Of a stretch of 21,038 bases of DNA, positions 1 to 12,226 are shown piece by piece. The translations under genes and the position numbers were made by a program. A model generated the notes under the pieces. It was not told the DNA's origin. It searched no databases and saw only the letters and a program-made list of their open reading frames with translations. Origin of the DNA: Kondoa subrosea (lineage: Eukaryota); assembly GCA_039545335.1 (NCBI GenBank), contig BCIN01000003.1, forward strand, positions 2,675,060-2,696,097, written 5' to 3'. The first letter of the stretch is position 1; each line of letters opens with the position of its first letter.

Positions 1-1326
1 CGCTCAGCAGCTTCAGCTCTGTTGTACTGCACATCAATCTGTTCTGAAGTCGCAGTGGCCGAAGGCATCGAGATTGGTTGCTCATCGGTCGAAGGCATGT
101 GAAGTACCACTGAGGATACGTTGAGTGATACTGAATGGTAGCCAGTGCTCACGCGGCCCTGATCGCTTGTCAATCAGCCTCCATTCGATAGTAAAGAAAG
201 GAAGACCCACAATCGGAACACGATCTGGTACTTCGTCGATATCATGAGTGCCAAATTTGTATTTGTTTGACTCATAATCAACATCAGAGAAGTGAGGAGC
301 TGTGTCACTAGGGTTAGCCATCACTTTAACATGTCTTGTGATAGACATACGCTGATAAACATCGGGCGTTTCCTCCGTGTAATACAGCTTCATAGCAATG
401 TAGCGACGGCGAGGAAGCTCGCTCATGAGTTGAGTCATGGTGATCAAGCGCTTTACGAGCAGTTGTACATCGGTCTTGACTTGATCGCGAGTTTGGTGCT
501 TCTTGCGCTTCGCTTCGTAACCGATTTCCGTAGCATCGACTTCGATGTCTTTCAGCTCATCTCGTACATTCATCGAAGGTTTGCTGAATGTGCTAGTTGT
601 CCCATCGGATGCAGTTACGGTTTGATCAGTATAAGAGAAGTTTAGTCTGCCTCGCACGTGAGCAAGGCGTACATGATTCAAAGATATGCTCACGTATAAC
701 ACTCGATCAAGTCATTAGGACGGTCAGGGTCGACCTGTTATGTTTCAGTAGTGAATGCGTCAAGGCAAAAGAGAGCAAACATAGATAGCAAGCATCATAG
801 TCTTCAAGAAGCTACGATCGAGTGCATCTTTGACACCATCCATGTAGTCGAGCAAGCGATCGCCTTCCTTCGAGCCGCCTCGATGAAGTTTCTTGATACG
901 AACCGAGTTACCTGAAGCCTTGGGATGCGCTTTCTTGCCAATACTTTCGCAGAAGATCAACAGCAGTTTTTTACAGTAAATATAAGGTAGCTTACGTCTC
1001 ATCGGTAAAAGCGCTGCAAGCAGAATTCAGCTTGTGCAGCGCTAGAACGCAATCAAGTGACACACTCATCAGGAAAGATACCTCTGTTTTCGCGTGATAT
1101 TCAGCTCTGAAGCAATCACATTGAGTCAGCACTCACCTTAGAAAAGAGATACAGCCAATTGCAGCATCCCTGGACTCTAAATATCAGAAGTAAACAATGG
1201 CCATTTCGAGCTCAAAATCTACATGAGGAGCTTCACTTCAGTCAACGACTGCTGCTTGGTGATCAAAGCTTGATCAGTAGCTTGAGATTGGACCTGCTTG
1301 GGTGGTCGAAGTAGCTGCGAAGTCAT
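1..1326 (-). CDS. HOP1: Meiotic HORMA-domain axis protein, Hop1/HORMAD family (multi-exon; 3' end beyond the left edge)
   Basis: ATG at 1326. Manual splicing gives MTSQLLRPPKQ...QQSLTEVKLLM|DAAIGCISFLR|GIFPD|DAFTDET|...IKKLHRGGSKEGDRLLDYMDGVKDALDRSFLKTMMLAIY... and later LVKRLITMTQLMSELPRRRYIAMKLYYTEETPDVY. These match Hop1 HORMA motifs (YLRGxFP, GVFDAL, LPxxRYxxMKLxYxxxTP). Confidence 0.9.
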
Positions 1327-1340
1327 CGTTTGTGGTCAAG
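1208..1340. repeat. Left arm of a 133-bp (or longer) inverted repeat: 14 nt of leader, HOP1 exon 1 and the start of intron 1
   Basis: Reverse complement of 20906-21038, with mismatches only at 1303, 1311, 1312 and 1331 (129/133 identical, no gaps; aligned by eye). Confidence 0.97.
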
Positions 1341-1463
1341 GCCTGGGGGAGATCGACGCAAAGAGAACGACGCGAGCAGACTCTATGAGCCATATGGAAT
1401 AATGTCCTACAGAGCGATGCAACTGGTTTCTATAGAGAGGCATACACAGATTACGCATAATGA

Positions 1464-3799
1464 TCACATCAAGAAAGACCTATCTTCGCCCGGAAGATAA
1501 TCAAATACCTGGATCAGACCCTCAGTATTGGCGCTACAGGTGCCTTGAAGTAAGCGAGCAAGCTTACCCTAACCTGGCCATCTTCCGAGCAGGCAATGAT
1601 GCGAGAAGTATCAAATTGCAAAGAGAAGATCCGCGTTGGCCTGCAAATCGACTGAGAATTGCGAAGAACACACGACAAGAAGCGTTACTGACTGTGCACC
1701 AATAATGTGAAACCTCAAATGACCAGTTTTTCGATCGAAAATTTTGATGGATTTGTCTGACCAGATAATCAACCAGATGATACCACAAAGAACAAGGACT
1801 TACCATAGCTTCCAGTGACAATGAATCGCTGATCGGCTTGCACCGTCCTGATGAGATCCGTCCGTACTTGGAGGCTATTCAGCGCAGTCCGACCCAACAA
1901 CTCAAACACCCACCATCATATCCATTCATTGGAGGACCGCGATGGAGAGGAGGTGCTACGGTCTTAGTCCTCACAGGTGGACCAGAAAGACTTGGGAAAG
2001 CTTGCGAAGATGCCATCATCAAATTACCGCTCGAAACATCCGTTACTCGAACATAGCTATCCGAAGCACCAGTGATGAGTGTAGGGCCGTTGAACCAGAG
2101 TGAAGCTATTCCTCCCGTATGACCTTCAATCACTCTTAGGCATTCGTAGGTTGAGGTAGACCAAATTCGTGCTGTACGGTCACCGGAAACAGATGCACAC
2201 AAGCCGTTCTTGACCTTGATTGAGTTCACAGCGCCTGCAATGCAACCTCTACATCCACTCAAGCGAATCAAGGGCATGCAACTCACCTCGATGGCCTCTC
2301 ATTACAGCCAATGGTTCAACTGTGGGAAACAAGCTCCACATTCTGACAGTGCGATCTGTTACACCATCGGCGGGCTTTCAACAGCATAAAGGCATGGTCT
2401 GACCTTTAGAGCAGGTAGCGAGTACATTTTCCTTGACTTGAAAATTGATATCCAAAACAGATTCCGTGTGATCGGTCAATACTTGCATGCATTCTCCCGT
2501 GTCCAAGTTCCAGATCCTGCATGTACAATCGCTTGATCCAGTAACAAGCAAAGGATAAGGAGATGTATCCGATCTAAAAACATCTTCATATTGTAATGCA
2601 AGTACACTCTTCTCATGCCCGCTGAATTTGCGTATCAGCTTGTTGGTAGATGTGTCATATTGTCGAACGTAGGAATCTCGATTGCCAACTAGCAAACGGT
2701 TGCCATCCTGTAAAGGCATCTCAACAGGAGAACAGTGCAGTTCGGCATCGACCTACGAATTGTAGACAATACGAATGATTCTCCCGAACAGTAGTACCGG
2801 GCGTTTGCGGTAAGATTGGAGCACCGGATGCGTCAAGTTTCCTTTCCGGTGTCTGAATATCGCTAATAGTGAAGTTGCCTTCGAGAAAGTTTCGCTTGGC
2901 TTGCTTTTGCAGACGATAGAGATGACGAAAGTTGACGCAAGGACGTTTGTCATGTGTGTAATGATGAGAAGAGATGTGCAAAAGATCCAGAGTTGCTGGC
3001 GCCTTCTGACCTTCCCAGATATTGTCAAAGACATTGTGCTTTCTTTTGCTTGCAATATCGCGGAAAACTGAGGAGCTTTGGATCGGATCAGTCTTGTTCT
3101 TGGTTCTTGCGTTGACAAGCTGATTGCCGGAAACTTCATTGAGCTGAAACACTCCTCTGCGCTGCGAAGGAGTGAAAGAACGTTGGAGACCCAGCTTTAC
3201 CACAATCTCATCGTCTTGTCCCAATCCGTCATCATCTTCGCTTTCAGCTTCTGCAGGTATGACATCTTGTGGAATAGTGAAGTCTTCTTCGGGAACACTC
3301 TCGCTCAGGTTCCAGTACTCCACTGCTTGCTTATCATAAGTGAATCCTTCTGCTACATAGATCTGCTTCCAAAGCTTCTGATCGTCAAGGCACCTATTCC
3401 GCCAGGTGCTGGAGACTCTTCCACATTTGAGTAAGTCAGGAGCCGCCAGATGAGAGAGAATCAAGCAGGAAAGCTCTTGCGGCAGGAAGGATATGAAGTC
3501 AACCTTTGTATCTTGTGAAACGGAGTGTAAGAGCGTCTCTAGTTGAGGTGTTGGCAAAGAATACAATAACAGCCGAGCAAGTTCTGTGCATTGCTGATCA
3601 GAAGCAGTCAGGCCGCTACAGCGGAGGATGACTGACCAGTACGTTCAGCCAGGGGAGCACTCAGTACAGCCTGCGTCTCCTTTGGCAGAGCAATGTCGAG
3701 ATCTTCTAATGACCCTTCGCCAAACGAGCGGTGCATGGCTAGACTGGGATGGTGCGCACAAAATACCTGCTGCAGCAGCTTCGATGACTCTTGTGTCAT
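1464..3799 (-). CDS. F-box/WD40-repeat SCF substrate receptor, FWD-1/Pof11/beta-TrCP-like (multi-exon)
   Basis: F-box DFISFLPQELSCLILSHL...RVSSTWR...DQKLWKQIY. WD40 repeats GHEKSVLALQY...LVTGSSDCTCRIWNL, GHTGGIASLWF...ITGASD, DLIRTVQAD..FIVTGSYDKSIKIFDR and RIFSLQFDTSRII. Last exon VFDYLPGEDRSFLM* ends at 1464. The ATG at 3799 is probable, not certain. Confidence 0.85.
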
Positions 3800-3850
3800 G
3801 CTGCTCTTCTCTAGAGGGACAACTGACTGTCGCAGGTCAAGGTGCTCAAT

Positions 3851-3860
3851 ATTATATAAT
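3851..3860. promoter_or_regulatory. TATA-like element (ATTATATAAT) upstream of the F-box/WD40 gene
   Basis: Palindromic TATATAA-containing 10-mer about 50 nt upstream of the ATG at 3799, in the short CSC1/F-box spacer. It could instead be a 3'-end signal of the CSC1 gene. Confidence 0.4.
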
Positions 3861-3910
3861 GACAAACAAAAGCGAAGGACGTGATATCATTACTGTCTCG
3901 TGCTAATGTA

Positions 3911-6900
3911 CTAACGATGCGGTGTATACTGTCCATCTCCTTCGTCATCTGACTCTTGCCCATTCGGTCGCCAGTGACCATTATTGCTGACTGATCCTCC
4001 TCTTCTTCTCGAATAGAAAGTACGGTATCTCGTCCCATCCTCTTGAGCATCGTCTTCATCTTCTTCTGATCCTCCTCCATCATCTTCTGCAGTATCAGAC
4101 GCAGCACCGTCCCTCCATGCTCTTGTTGCGTCATCAGTGCTTGGGAGACTGCTTTCCCTTCTTTGCCTTGGTCCTGAGCTTTGCGCATTGCTGGAACCGT
4201 TGACATCTTTCTTCAGCGTAGACCACCGACGCTTCAGATCAATCACAATTCCATCCGTCGAACTGAAACCGGACGACATTTGCTTATGCTCTTCTTTCTC
4301 CAGCGGTAACCATGGACTAGGCAAGAAAGCACCTAATGCAGGATGTCCATACCTCCGTCTTCCGGTACTGTCAGCACACATAAGTCTATCAGGCTTCAAT
4401 TCGCGAAATAGCGACATACTGCAAAACGCCATCAAAGACATCAGACATCGGAGGTTGCGAATAATCCGTTCGATCATCGTGCGCAACAATGTAGAGATTA
4501 TCGTCTTTCGGTTTGTATCGCTGCCGATTAAGGTTGGTTTGATTGAGCGTGACTGGATGGCCTTTCTTGAGTCGCTGCAGATCTGAGGCTTGACCTTCAC
4601 GTTCCGTTTCTGCCGCTTGGGAAATATTGACATAGTGTCCGAGTCCTTTGTATCTTGCGTGCATCCTGTATGAGCTGTAGAGTGTGCCCAGGAGTAATGG
4701 TACCATGCATGCACCTAAGGCGGCTGCCTTCTCGAGCAGGAAAAGACCAGTCATGAAAACTTGGAAGCTGTACATCTGATGTTAGACAGTAGACAGCTTT
4801 TCAAGGAGTTCATCTTACACAGAAAGACCGAATGCAATCCTGGAGAAGGTAATCGGCCAGGCTTGCCCACGCGACTCATAAGCTCGATAATACACATTGA
4901 GGAGTTTATATTTGTATACGAGGCTGTCATTAGGGGCTGCTTCAGACGAAATGACATCAAAAGCAGAGATCCGACTGACTATGACATGCCGAAATAGATC
5001 GTGGTAAATAGGAGGATTATGGGCATAATGATGCTGTAAGTGAGACCGATAGTGAATATTAAGATTGCTTGAGGGTAAACATAGCCTAGATTGATTACTG
5101 GAGGATTGTTGAGTTCGGCGTGATCTGCACTTATTTAGTATGTCTGCGAGTTATGCTTCGACGACCCCACCTCTAGGAGTTCTTGTAATGAAGACACGAT
5201 AGAACAGATTGGGTATAATGACTGCAAGTTGCACGAGCTGAATAGGTAAAAGACCAAGACCTTGGAGCATGATATACCTTGATCTCGCGTTAGCAAGAGC
5301 GATGGGATGGAGTTTCGCTGCTCACGACACATAGAAATTGCGAGCGGCCGGCAAGGATGTGGCTAAACGCTCAGGAAGCTTCATCGGCTGATCCGCCAGA
5401 TCTTGGGCCAGTGCCACCGTCCTGTCCGAATCGTCAGCTATACTCTGTTGTACCAAAGAATCATAACGCACGAAACAGAGACAAAAATGAAGAGCACACT
5501 ATTGTGCTAGATCAGTGCTATCCTCGGCAAAAATAGGTCACTCACGTGATCATCAAGAAAATGTAGTATTTTTTCATGAGCGAATACTCAATCCAGCTCT
5601 TCGCCTTCAGACCTTGGAAGATACACAGAGCTGTGGAGCAAAAAGAGGCCTCAGTATACAAAGTACACAGAGCTAGCATTCGATCCACCTTCAAGTAGAT
5701 AAGGCAACAAAGCATTGAAGGTGATCAAAGCCAAAGATGGCAAAGAGTTTTGTACCAGCGCTCGAATATAAGGGAATCGATCTATTGTTCTAGCGAGCCA
5801 AGGTGAATAATGCTTGATCTCCTCATACGAAAGCAAGCGAGCCAAAAACCACACGGGCGAACCCCATCCGATCAACAGCAAGATCATGATTCCTAGAACA
5901 AGGAAAGAGCGAGCCGCTGCTGAGAGATAAGGCATTCCGACATTGCCCCAATGTACATCTCGAGGTTCTGGTGCCAAAGCTGTTTGCATTTGAGACGTTT
6001 GAGGGTAGTGAACGGTCTGAAAGCATCTTAGCTGAGCATAGAGACTAAATCAATACGACTGACCTGTGCTGCTATTTGGCAACCAGCCATAGTCTCAAAG
6101 GTGACAAAAGCAACATCGGTTGGGCGGAAGCGACCCTTTCTTCTTTCGATGACTTTCTCATCCGCATCACGAAACTCTTTTGCGTAATACTCTAGCGCAT
6201 CAACCTTCTTCTTGAACCAACCTGGTCGAACCATAGGGCGATTCTTGCCTGGAACGGTGTACATTGCTGGAGCTTCGGGTAAGGCGAGCGTAGCTTCCTC
6301 GTCATCTTGATCCGGCGCCGCAGTAGGTGTAGTATCATCTTCGCCTTCATAATCCACCAGACGATCGTCTAATGTTGGATCTTCTTTGTAATCTTCGTCT
6401 AGTATTTTCGCAACTTCTCGATCTCTTTTATATCCCATACCAGGTTTGACTGGATTGCCAACATATGCAGCCCAAGTCTCTTCTAATTGCCTCAACTTAG
6501 ACGCCCTGATTGATAACAGGTCTCCCAATACACCAACTTGTCGCACTACATTGACGCTCTCGACTGCTAGACTTGATCCGATGCGCTCGAAATATTCTGC
6601 TAAGAGCTTCTCTGATTGAAGATGAGGTGGAATTCGAGTGATAATGACTGTTCGAGCGGGTATGGATTGAGCATGATCTAAGCTGAACAATTGTCTTGCG
6701 TGAACGAAGTTCCGATAGGTTCTGTTGAGTAGAAAGAGAGCCAAAAGACTGAAGGTATAGGTGAAGATGAGATGTGAAGTGAGGTACAGATCTGAGCCAT
6801 GCATGATGTGATGCTTCTTGGACTGGAACAATAGTAAGAAAGACTGATCTCCATCTGAGTCAGTTGGAGGCACTCCTTCTATCGATCCGTTCTCTGTCCA

Positions 6901-7383
6901 GTTGATCGGTACGAGGATAGCTGCTGCCAGCAAACTACAAATGCCAAAGAACTGGAAGCCCAGCTTGAAGAAGGAAAGCAAGACCACAGCGTCCAGTCCG
7001 ACTAATTGCAAAACCACATGTTCAGATGTTCTCAGAGTAGGTAAGATCCAGCCAAAGAAGGAGTGCTTCTCATGAACTTCATGCGATGCAAAGCCCTTGA
7101 GCAGAGTTCGGGGAGCATAAAGAACCTTGAAACGAGTACGACCATAGCAGAAGGCCAGGAAGCTGGTTATTCCTAAGAACAAGGAGATGCCCAACTGCGT
7201 CTCGAACCTTTTGCAAAGAGCATAAGCAATTGCGCGCTTGTATTTGTCTTGATTTGCTCACCAAGGCCCGTTCTGATACTTCCTCAGCTATTTCGGGGTA
7301 AGTGTGGCCCGTGTAAACAGATCGCTGCTTCTCACCTGCTCCGGCGGGCTGCCCAGAGGCGGATCTTGAGCCAAAAACTGCAT
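3911..7383 (-). CDS. CSC1/OSCA/TMEM63 (DUF221, RSN1-like) calcium-permeable mechanosensitive channel (multi-exon)
   Basis: Spliced N-terminus MQFLAQDPPLGSPPEQ|LRKYQNGPW|FETQLGISL. Family motifs LYAPR, FFGWI, VGLDAVVLLSF, ILVPIN, ARTVIITRIP, AFVTFET, APEPRDVHWGN, GYVYPQA and KYKLLNVYYR-type loop. Stop TAG at 3911. Confidence 0.92.
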
Positions 7384-7768
7384 CCAAAGACTTGCGAGTT
7401 CGTCGTTGTTATGCAACCAAGTCGGTGACGAATATGAAGGTGTCAACGGTAGCGCAAGGAAAACTGACAGGGACTATCAGTACGAGGCGGGTCAGCACTC
7501 TAGAAGATAGTGTAGGCGATGATGTGTTCAACGAAATCAATGTAATTACACTGCGAGAAGATGGTATAAGTTACGTAGCCCGCGATTCTCATGCGCGTGT
7601 GCAACATCCTCCAGAGCATTACGACGTTATCCACGAAGCCGTTGGTCGCAACAGTGCGAGGTGGAAGATGATGACGTAAGCAAAATCAAATGAATGTAAT
7701 AAACGGATTTCAAGCCATACCATACAATGGAGGCATACTTATGAGGAGGGTATACCGGATAAATAAGC

Positions 7769-10572
7769 CTATACGTGTTTGGCTTGCTGCTATGACAAAA
7801 GTCAGCGCAACGATTGAAAGCTCAAGAACAGACTAACCTCTTCTAGAGTAGACTCAGATGCTGAGTAGCCTTTCTCTGACGTCTTCTCTGCTGACGCTGG
7901 GGTCTCTTCGCTTAGATGGGCGTGTGGTGGAACATGATCGGCATGAGGTTCGCCGACTGCCGTCGACAGGAATTCTCGCGGCAGGACAATAGATCGATCG
8001 ATTGCCAGAGGCAAGCCTGTACAGTATCAGTGAATTATCATCAGCGAGAGAAAAGCTATTCACCTCGATGCCGCCCACGGATCATCACCAAAATGACGAC
8101 GAGCTTCGATAGAGTGCTAAAGGCGCCCGAGAGACTGAAGTTGTCGTAGCTGACGCCTAGAGACAAGCCTACACCTGCGTAGCTTTTGTGTATGTCAGTA
8201 CATTCAGATCTGTTGGGCGAAGAGACGTTATTCACGCGGATATCATCTCAAAGAGAACCGTAAATTGGTTGATGTAGCTGTAATCTGCGCTCATGACCTA
8301 TCCTGGATTTGTCAATTCCTCCGAGACAAATTAAGCGATTGCGCACTTTTGTTCTTTCGATGATGAGCACGAGCCAGACAGCGGCTATCAGGTACCATAT
8401 ATCCCAACTGAGCTGTCTCCGGAGGTGGAACATGAACTTGTCAAGCTGTGAGCTATCGTGTGCGCAGATAATGCGACAATCTCACATATTTGCTAAACAC
8501 CTACAGTAGAGTCAGATAAACGCGACAATCATGCTAACGCTACGCTCACCTCTCGCTTATTCCTACCATGTGGTACAAGATCATCGGTATCCGCTTTAGG
8601 TGGTTTGTAAACTCCCAAACTTCGATCTTCGTAACTGTTTGTCGATCGAACAGCCATCGCGATAGCTAGTGGTGCATAGTATGAGCAAGATTCAGGTAGA
8701 ATATGGAGCAGAGACAGACGATAAATTGCGATATACATGAATACGATATAAAGCCATCTGTGATAGCAATATCTTAGTCAATTACTCATACGATGAAACA
8801 TTGCTTACTGAAGACCCGGGGCAATGCTTCCCATCGGCACAATAGCAAACCCTGATGCCCTTACTGCTATACCTTGAAACAAACCGCCAAGCACCACCTC
8901 ACCACCGGTCAATGTATGTAGAATGGGCAAACCATGATTGAGCACAATGAACGAAACCCATTCGACAGCAGACAAGCAGACCAGCGAGGCGACCAAGAAC
9001 CATGTTTGATATGAAGGAAAGACGTAGAGGTAAACTCTTCTGGGATGTTCAAGCAGGAAAGACAAGGTTGCGTATAGATCCGAATCCGTAGGTGATAATT
9101 TGTATAGCGTCCATATCAACCCTCTCAAGAGTATGGGAAGACCCACTGCAAAAGGTCAGAGCTGTAAGAGCGTGAAACAACGACTTACTGTTGCCAGCAA
9201 GAATGGTGATAAGTAGAATGATAATCCTTTGCAGCGAAACTTGTATTAGTTTATCTCCTGCACCATTACGTTACATTACATTACATTAACTGATCATTGA
9301 CGAAAGGTATCATTCCAGTGTCACACAAGCTCAGTCCACCGCCAGTATAAGCGGAGAGGATTTGAAAAGCGACTACAGAGATGGTTCTTCAGCAGCTAAA
9401 CTGAATAGATGACATTAGCTTACGGAACCAAGCTCTTGGTACGACTCTAGGCTGAGCATCAAAGAGATCTCGATATTTGTTTCTTCCATATACAGCTCCG
9501 ATCAAGATGACGAATCCAAGGAGCTGAAGCGCGAAGAAGTACTATCCACTATAATCAGTTACAAGCCTTTAAGAGGTATCAAAAGGTATCGGGCGAGCTC
9601 ACAAGTGGAACAATCCACAGCAAAGCATTAAGAGCAGCATATTCCACACCTCCCAGTTCCTCAATCTGATCATCCTCCAAATCCTCCAACTGGAAACGAG
9701 AATTGCGACCAATTTTCAGGTCAAAGCCTAACCAAGGTCGATCTTCAGCATCCAATACTCGTTGATTGTGATCGATAGTCAAAGTTTTCTTCAACTTCTT
9801 GTGCCTTTCAGGGGACAATCGAGCAACCACAGAAGTAACCAAACTTGCAAATGTTCTGAAAGTATCGAACCCGCCTAAGCCCTGCTGATTTGAAGGTATA
9901 GGTGTATGCGAAATATGAATAAGAGGAGCGACTTCTTTCTCATGCTTGGAATTCGCGCCGCTGTATGCATAAGTTCGTCTAAGGGCTAAACCAGTATCGG
10001 GCGGATCTTGAGTATGCGAACGAGTGAAAGTCCGAGTGAAAAGGTTGCTCTTTTGATGACTGAGCTCATTTTGCTTGCGTGCCAATATACGTAAGCGCTG
10101 TCCTTGAAGAATCCCAGCACAATGAGCTCGGACTTATTTGCTTTTTATGTTAGCTGAGTCGAAATTCGTAGACAGGATGAGAGACATACAGAAATGGCGT
10201 CTGACCAAAACAACCAACCATGATACGAAAGTCACATTCCCTATTCCCAATAGAATGAACAAGATCGCTTGTTGCCAGCCAGTTAGAGTCGACAAATTCA
10301 CTGTTGCCAATCCACAAACAGCCATAGCCGATACGCATCTACATTTGCACTACTCAGAATTGCTCCGTAAGCCTAGGAGTAGAGTACAAGACGCACAGAA
10401 ATAGCGAATCGATGAAACTTATGTGAAACTCTCCATTGCAAGCCCAAAAGATGACAGCGAAGAAAAGAGGAATCAAAGTGAAAGCTATAACGTGTAATCT
10501 GAAGAAGTTGAGGTTCTTGATAACGTATTTCTGCAGCCAAGGGAGCTGTGGTCCATGCTTGATTTCACCCAT
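7769..10572 (-). CDS. Trk-family potassium transporter (multi-exon)
   Basis: NFFRLHVIAF...FIDSLFLC, MAVCGLATVNLSTL, GRNSRF..L...QIEELGGVEYAALNALLWIV, FLLEHPRRVYLYVFPSYQTWFL, FQGIAVRASGF, VRSTNSYEDRSLGV, HLRRQLSWDIW and GLPLAIDRSIVLP. Predicted last exon QQAKHV* ends at 7769. Confidence 0.92.
9265..9288 (-). repeat. Pentanucleotide microsatellite (GTAAT/GTAAC)x4 at a TRK intron 5' splice site
   Basis: + strand attac gttac attac attac atta. On the - strand it forms four tandem GTAAY units starting at the donor at 9284. Confidence 0.7.
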
Positions 10573-10973
10573 CTGGCGTTGTTGTGTTCACCAATCCAGT
10601 GACGTTTGAGACGGCCTCTTCAGGCTGATAATGAATGGACAGAGAGACGTGCGCGAGAATTCGAGTGATATCAAGCTAGAAGAGAGATGATAGGCGTGCT
10701 CCGGAGGCAAGTAAAAAGGTGGTATGTATAGATTGGTTTGTCCAAAGGGGTATAGGGGTATATTCTTTGTTTGCTTGAGGAGAAGCTCTTCAAATTGAGC
10801 CAGAGTGGTGCTTCGATGTACAAAGGACTATCATTGTGACGGTCAGAAGAAGATGCATTCGCAAGATCAAAAATAGCCATGTATGTCCAAACAAAGTAGG
10901 GACAAAGGCGAGTGCTCTGTTCGGTTCGGTTCGCTATACGGACAATGCAATGCATGATGGAAAAAGAAATCGA

Positions 10974-12204
10974 TTATCGCTTGCTTTTACCCAATCTAGG
11001 TTTGCTACCTCTTGACGAAGAAGATCCCCTTGAAGACATGCCTCCTCTTCCACCTCTTCCACCTCTTGAAGATCCCCTGCCTCTCGATCCAAACGAAGAA
11101 CCACGTCTACCTCCTCCGAAATCTTCAGCTGACTCTTTAGTATTCTCTTTCGCTCTTCTTCCGCCTGCAGCTTTAGGATGACCGTATTTACTCTCACCTT
11201 GAGTACAGAGAAACATGTTCAGCGTCTCATAGACAAGTTCAAGAAGACATGACTTACGAGCTGTCCTGGCCATTTTCGGTCCACCTCTCCCTCGCCCTCC
11301 TCTACCTCCACGATCTGATTCCGTACGTTGCCTCTTTTCTGGCCGAGAATCAATAGAAATGTCGAATTCGTTATCGGAACCAGCTCTGTCGTCGGTAGAC
11401 TTGCGTTCTGTCATGCCCAGAATTACGTCAGCACACAATACAATGCTACTGTAATATTTGGACTGACTCTTTTTGAATTCCTTGACTTTATCACCCATTG
11501 CTTTCTTCTCTTTGCTTCTCTCCATAAGTTTAGCCTGCTGCACAGATTTACCAAACTTCTTTGCATGTCTCAATTTCTTTGCTTCTTCTGAAGCTTTAAT
11601 ACCAGCTGCTTCATCCAACAAACGAGAACGAATCCTTTCCATGTGAGTATCCGATTTCAGCATTTCAGCAAAGAAATCAGGTGCACGAGCAAAAGGTTTA
11701 TCTGCTGCTGTGAAGAGTTGACGAGCTTTGTTTGCTGCCCATAGAGATTGTTTGTAGCTGTGCAATCATGCCTATCTCAGCTTTATGATAAAGCAGAATG
11801 TGCAATGAAACGCACAATTGCAATTCTCGTTCCAAATCATTGTTCGCATCAGGAATCTCCAAATCGACAGGATGCGTGAGTGTTTGAGTATCAAAGAAGT
11901 CCAAATCAGGCAGTCTGAATTTGGCTAAGACCCTCTCCAAGTTTGAGGCTTCTTTTGCTTTTTCTTTGCCTTTGTTTGACATTGGCTGAACTTCCTCCTC
12001 CTCTTCGCTGTCATCCTCATCCTCATCACCCTCGTCTTGAGAATCGAAACCCAAGTCCGCGTCCGACCCAAGCAATTCCATCATTTTCTCTAGTCCCTCT
12101 TGATCAACTCCTCCAGTCTCGCTATCGTCCTCATCCTCCAGACCACTCTCATAATCATCGCTAAGTGTAGCACTCTCACTCAATTGCTGGTCAATATCAG
12201 ACAT
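10974..12204 (-). CDS. EBP2: rRNA-processing protein Ebp2 (multi-exon)
   Basis: Acidic N-terminus, NNDLERELQ..YKQSL, PFARAPDFFAEMLKSDTHMERIRSRL, KKFGKSVQ, an RGG-rich tail, and C-terminal KPRLGKSKR*. Confidence 0.95.
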
Positions 12205-12226
12205 CCCGTGGTATCTCGTCAAGCAA

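Noticed and set aside
1220..1222. Premature stop (ATG TAG) suggesting a HOP1 pseudogene
   Set aside because: The TAG lies within the intron donor GTAGAT. Splicing restores LLMDAAIGCISFLR.
1..1326. HORMA protein as part of a bacterial CBASS-type defence system
   Set aside because: The gene has spliceosomal introns and Hop1-type motifs, and sits among eukaryotic housekeeping genes. No CD-NTase or TRIP13 gene is present.
1464..3799. Calling the F-box gene MET30 or CDC4
   Set aside because: The N-terminal CAHHP is Met30-like, but the WD40 motifs look closer to FWD-1/beta-TrCP. Orthology needs a phylogeny, so no symbol is given.
3078..4586. + strand ORFs 3078-3434, 3628-3906 and 4137-4586, and similar short opposite-strand ORFs elsewhere
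   Set aside because: These are shadow ORFs antisense to well-supported genes, mostly with non-ATG starts and no recognisable motifs.
11020..11310. CCTCT-type repeats and the proline-rich + strand ORF 10912-11181
   Set aside because: They are the antisense image of the RGG/serine-rich Ebp2 tail.
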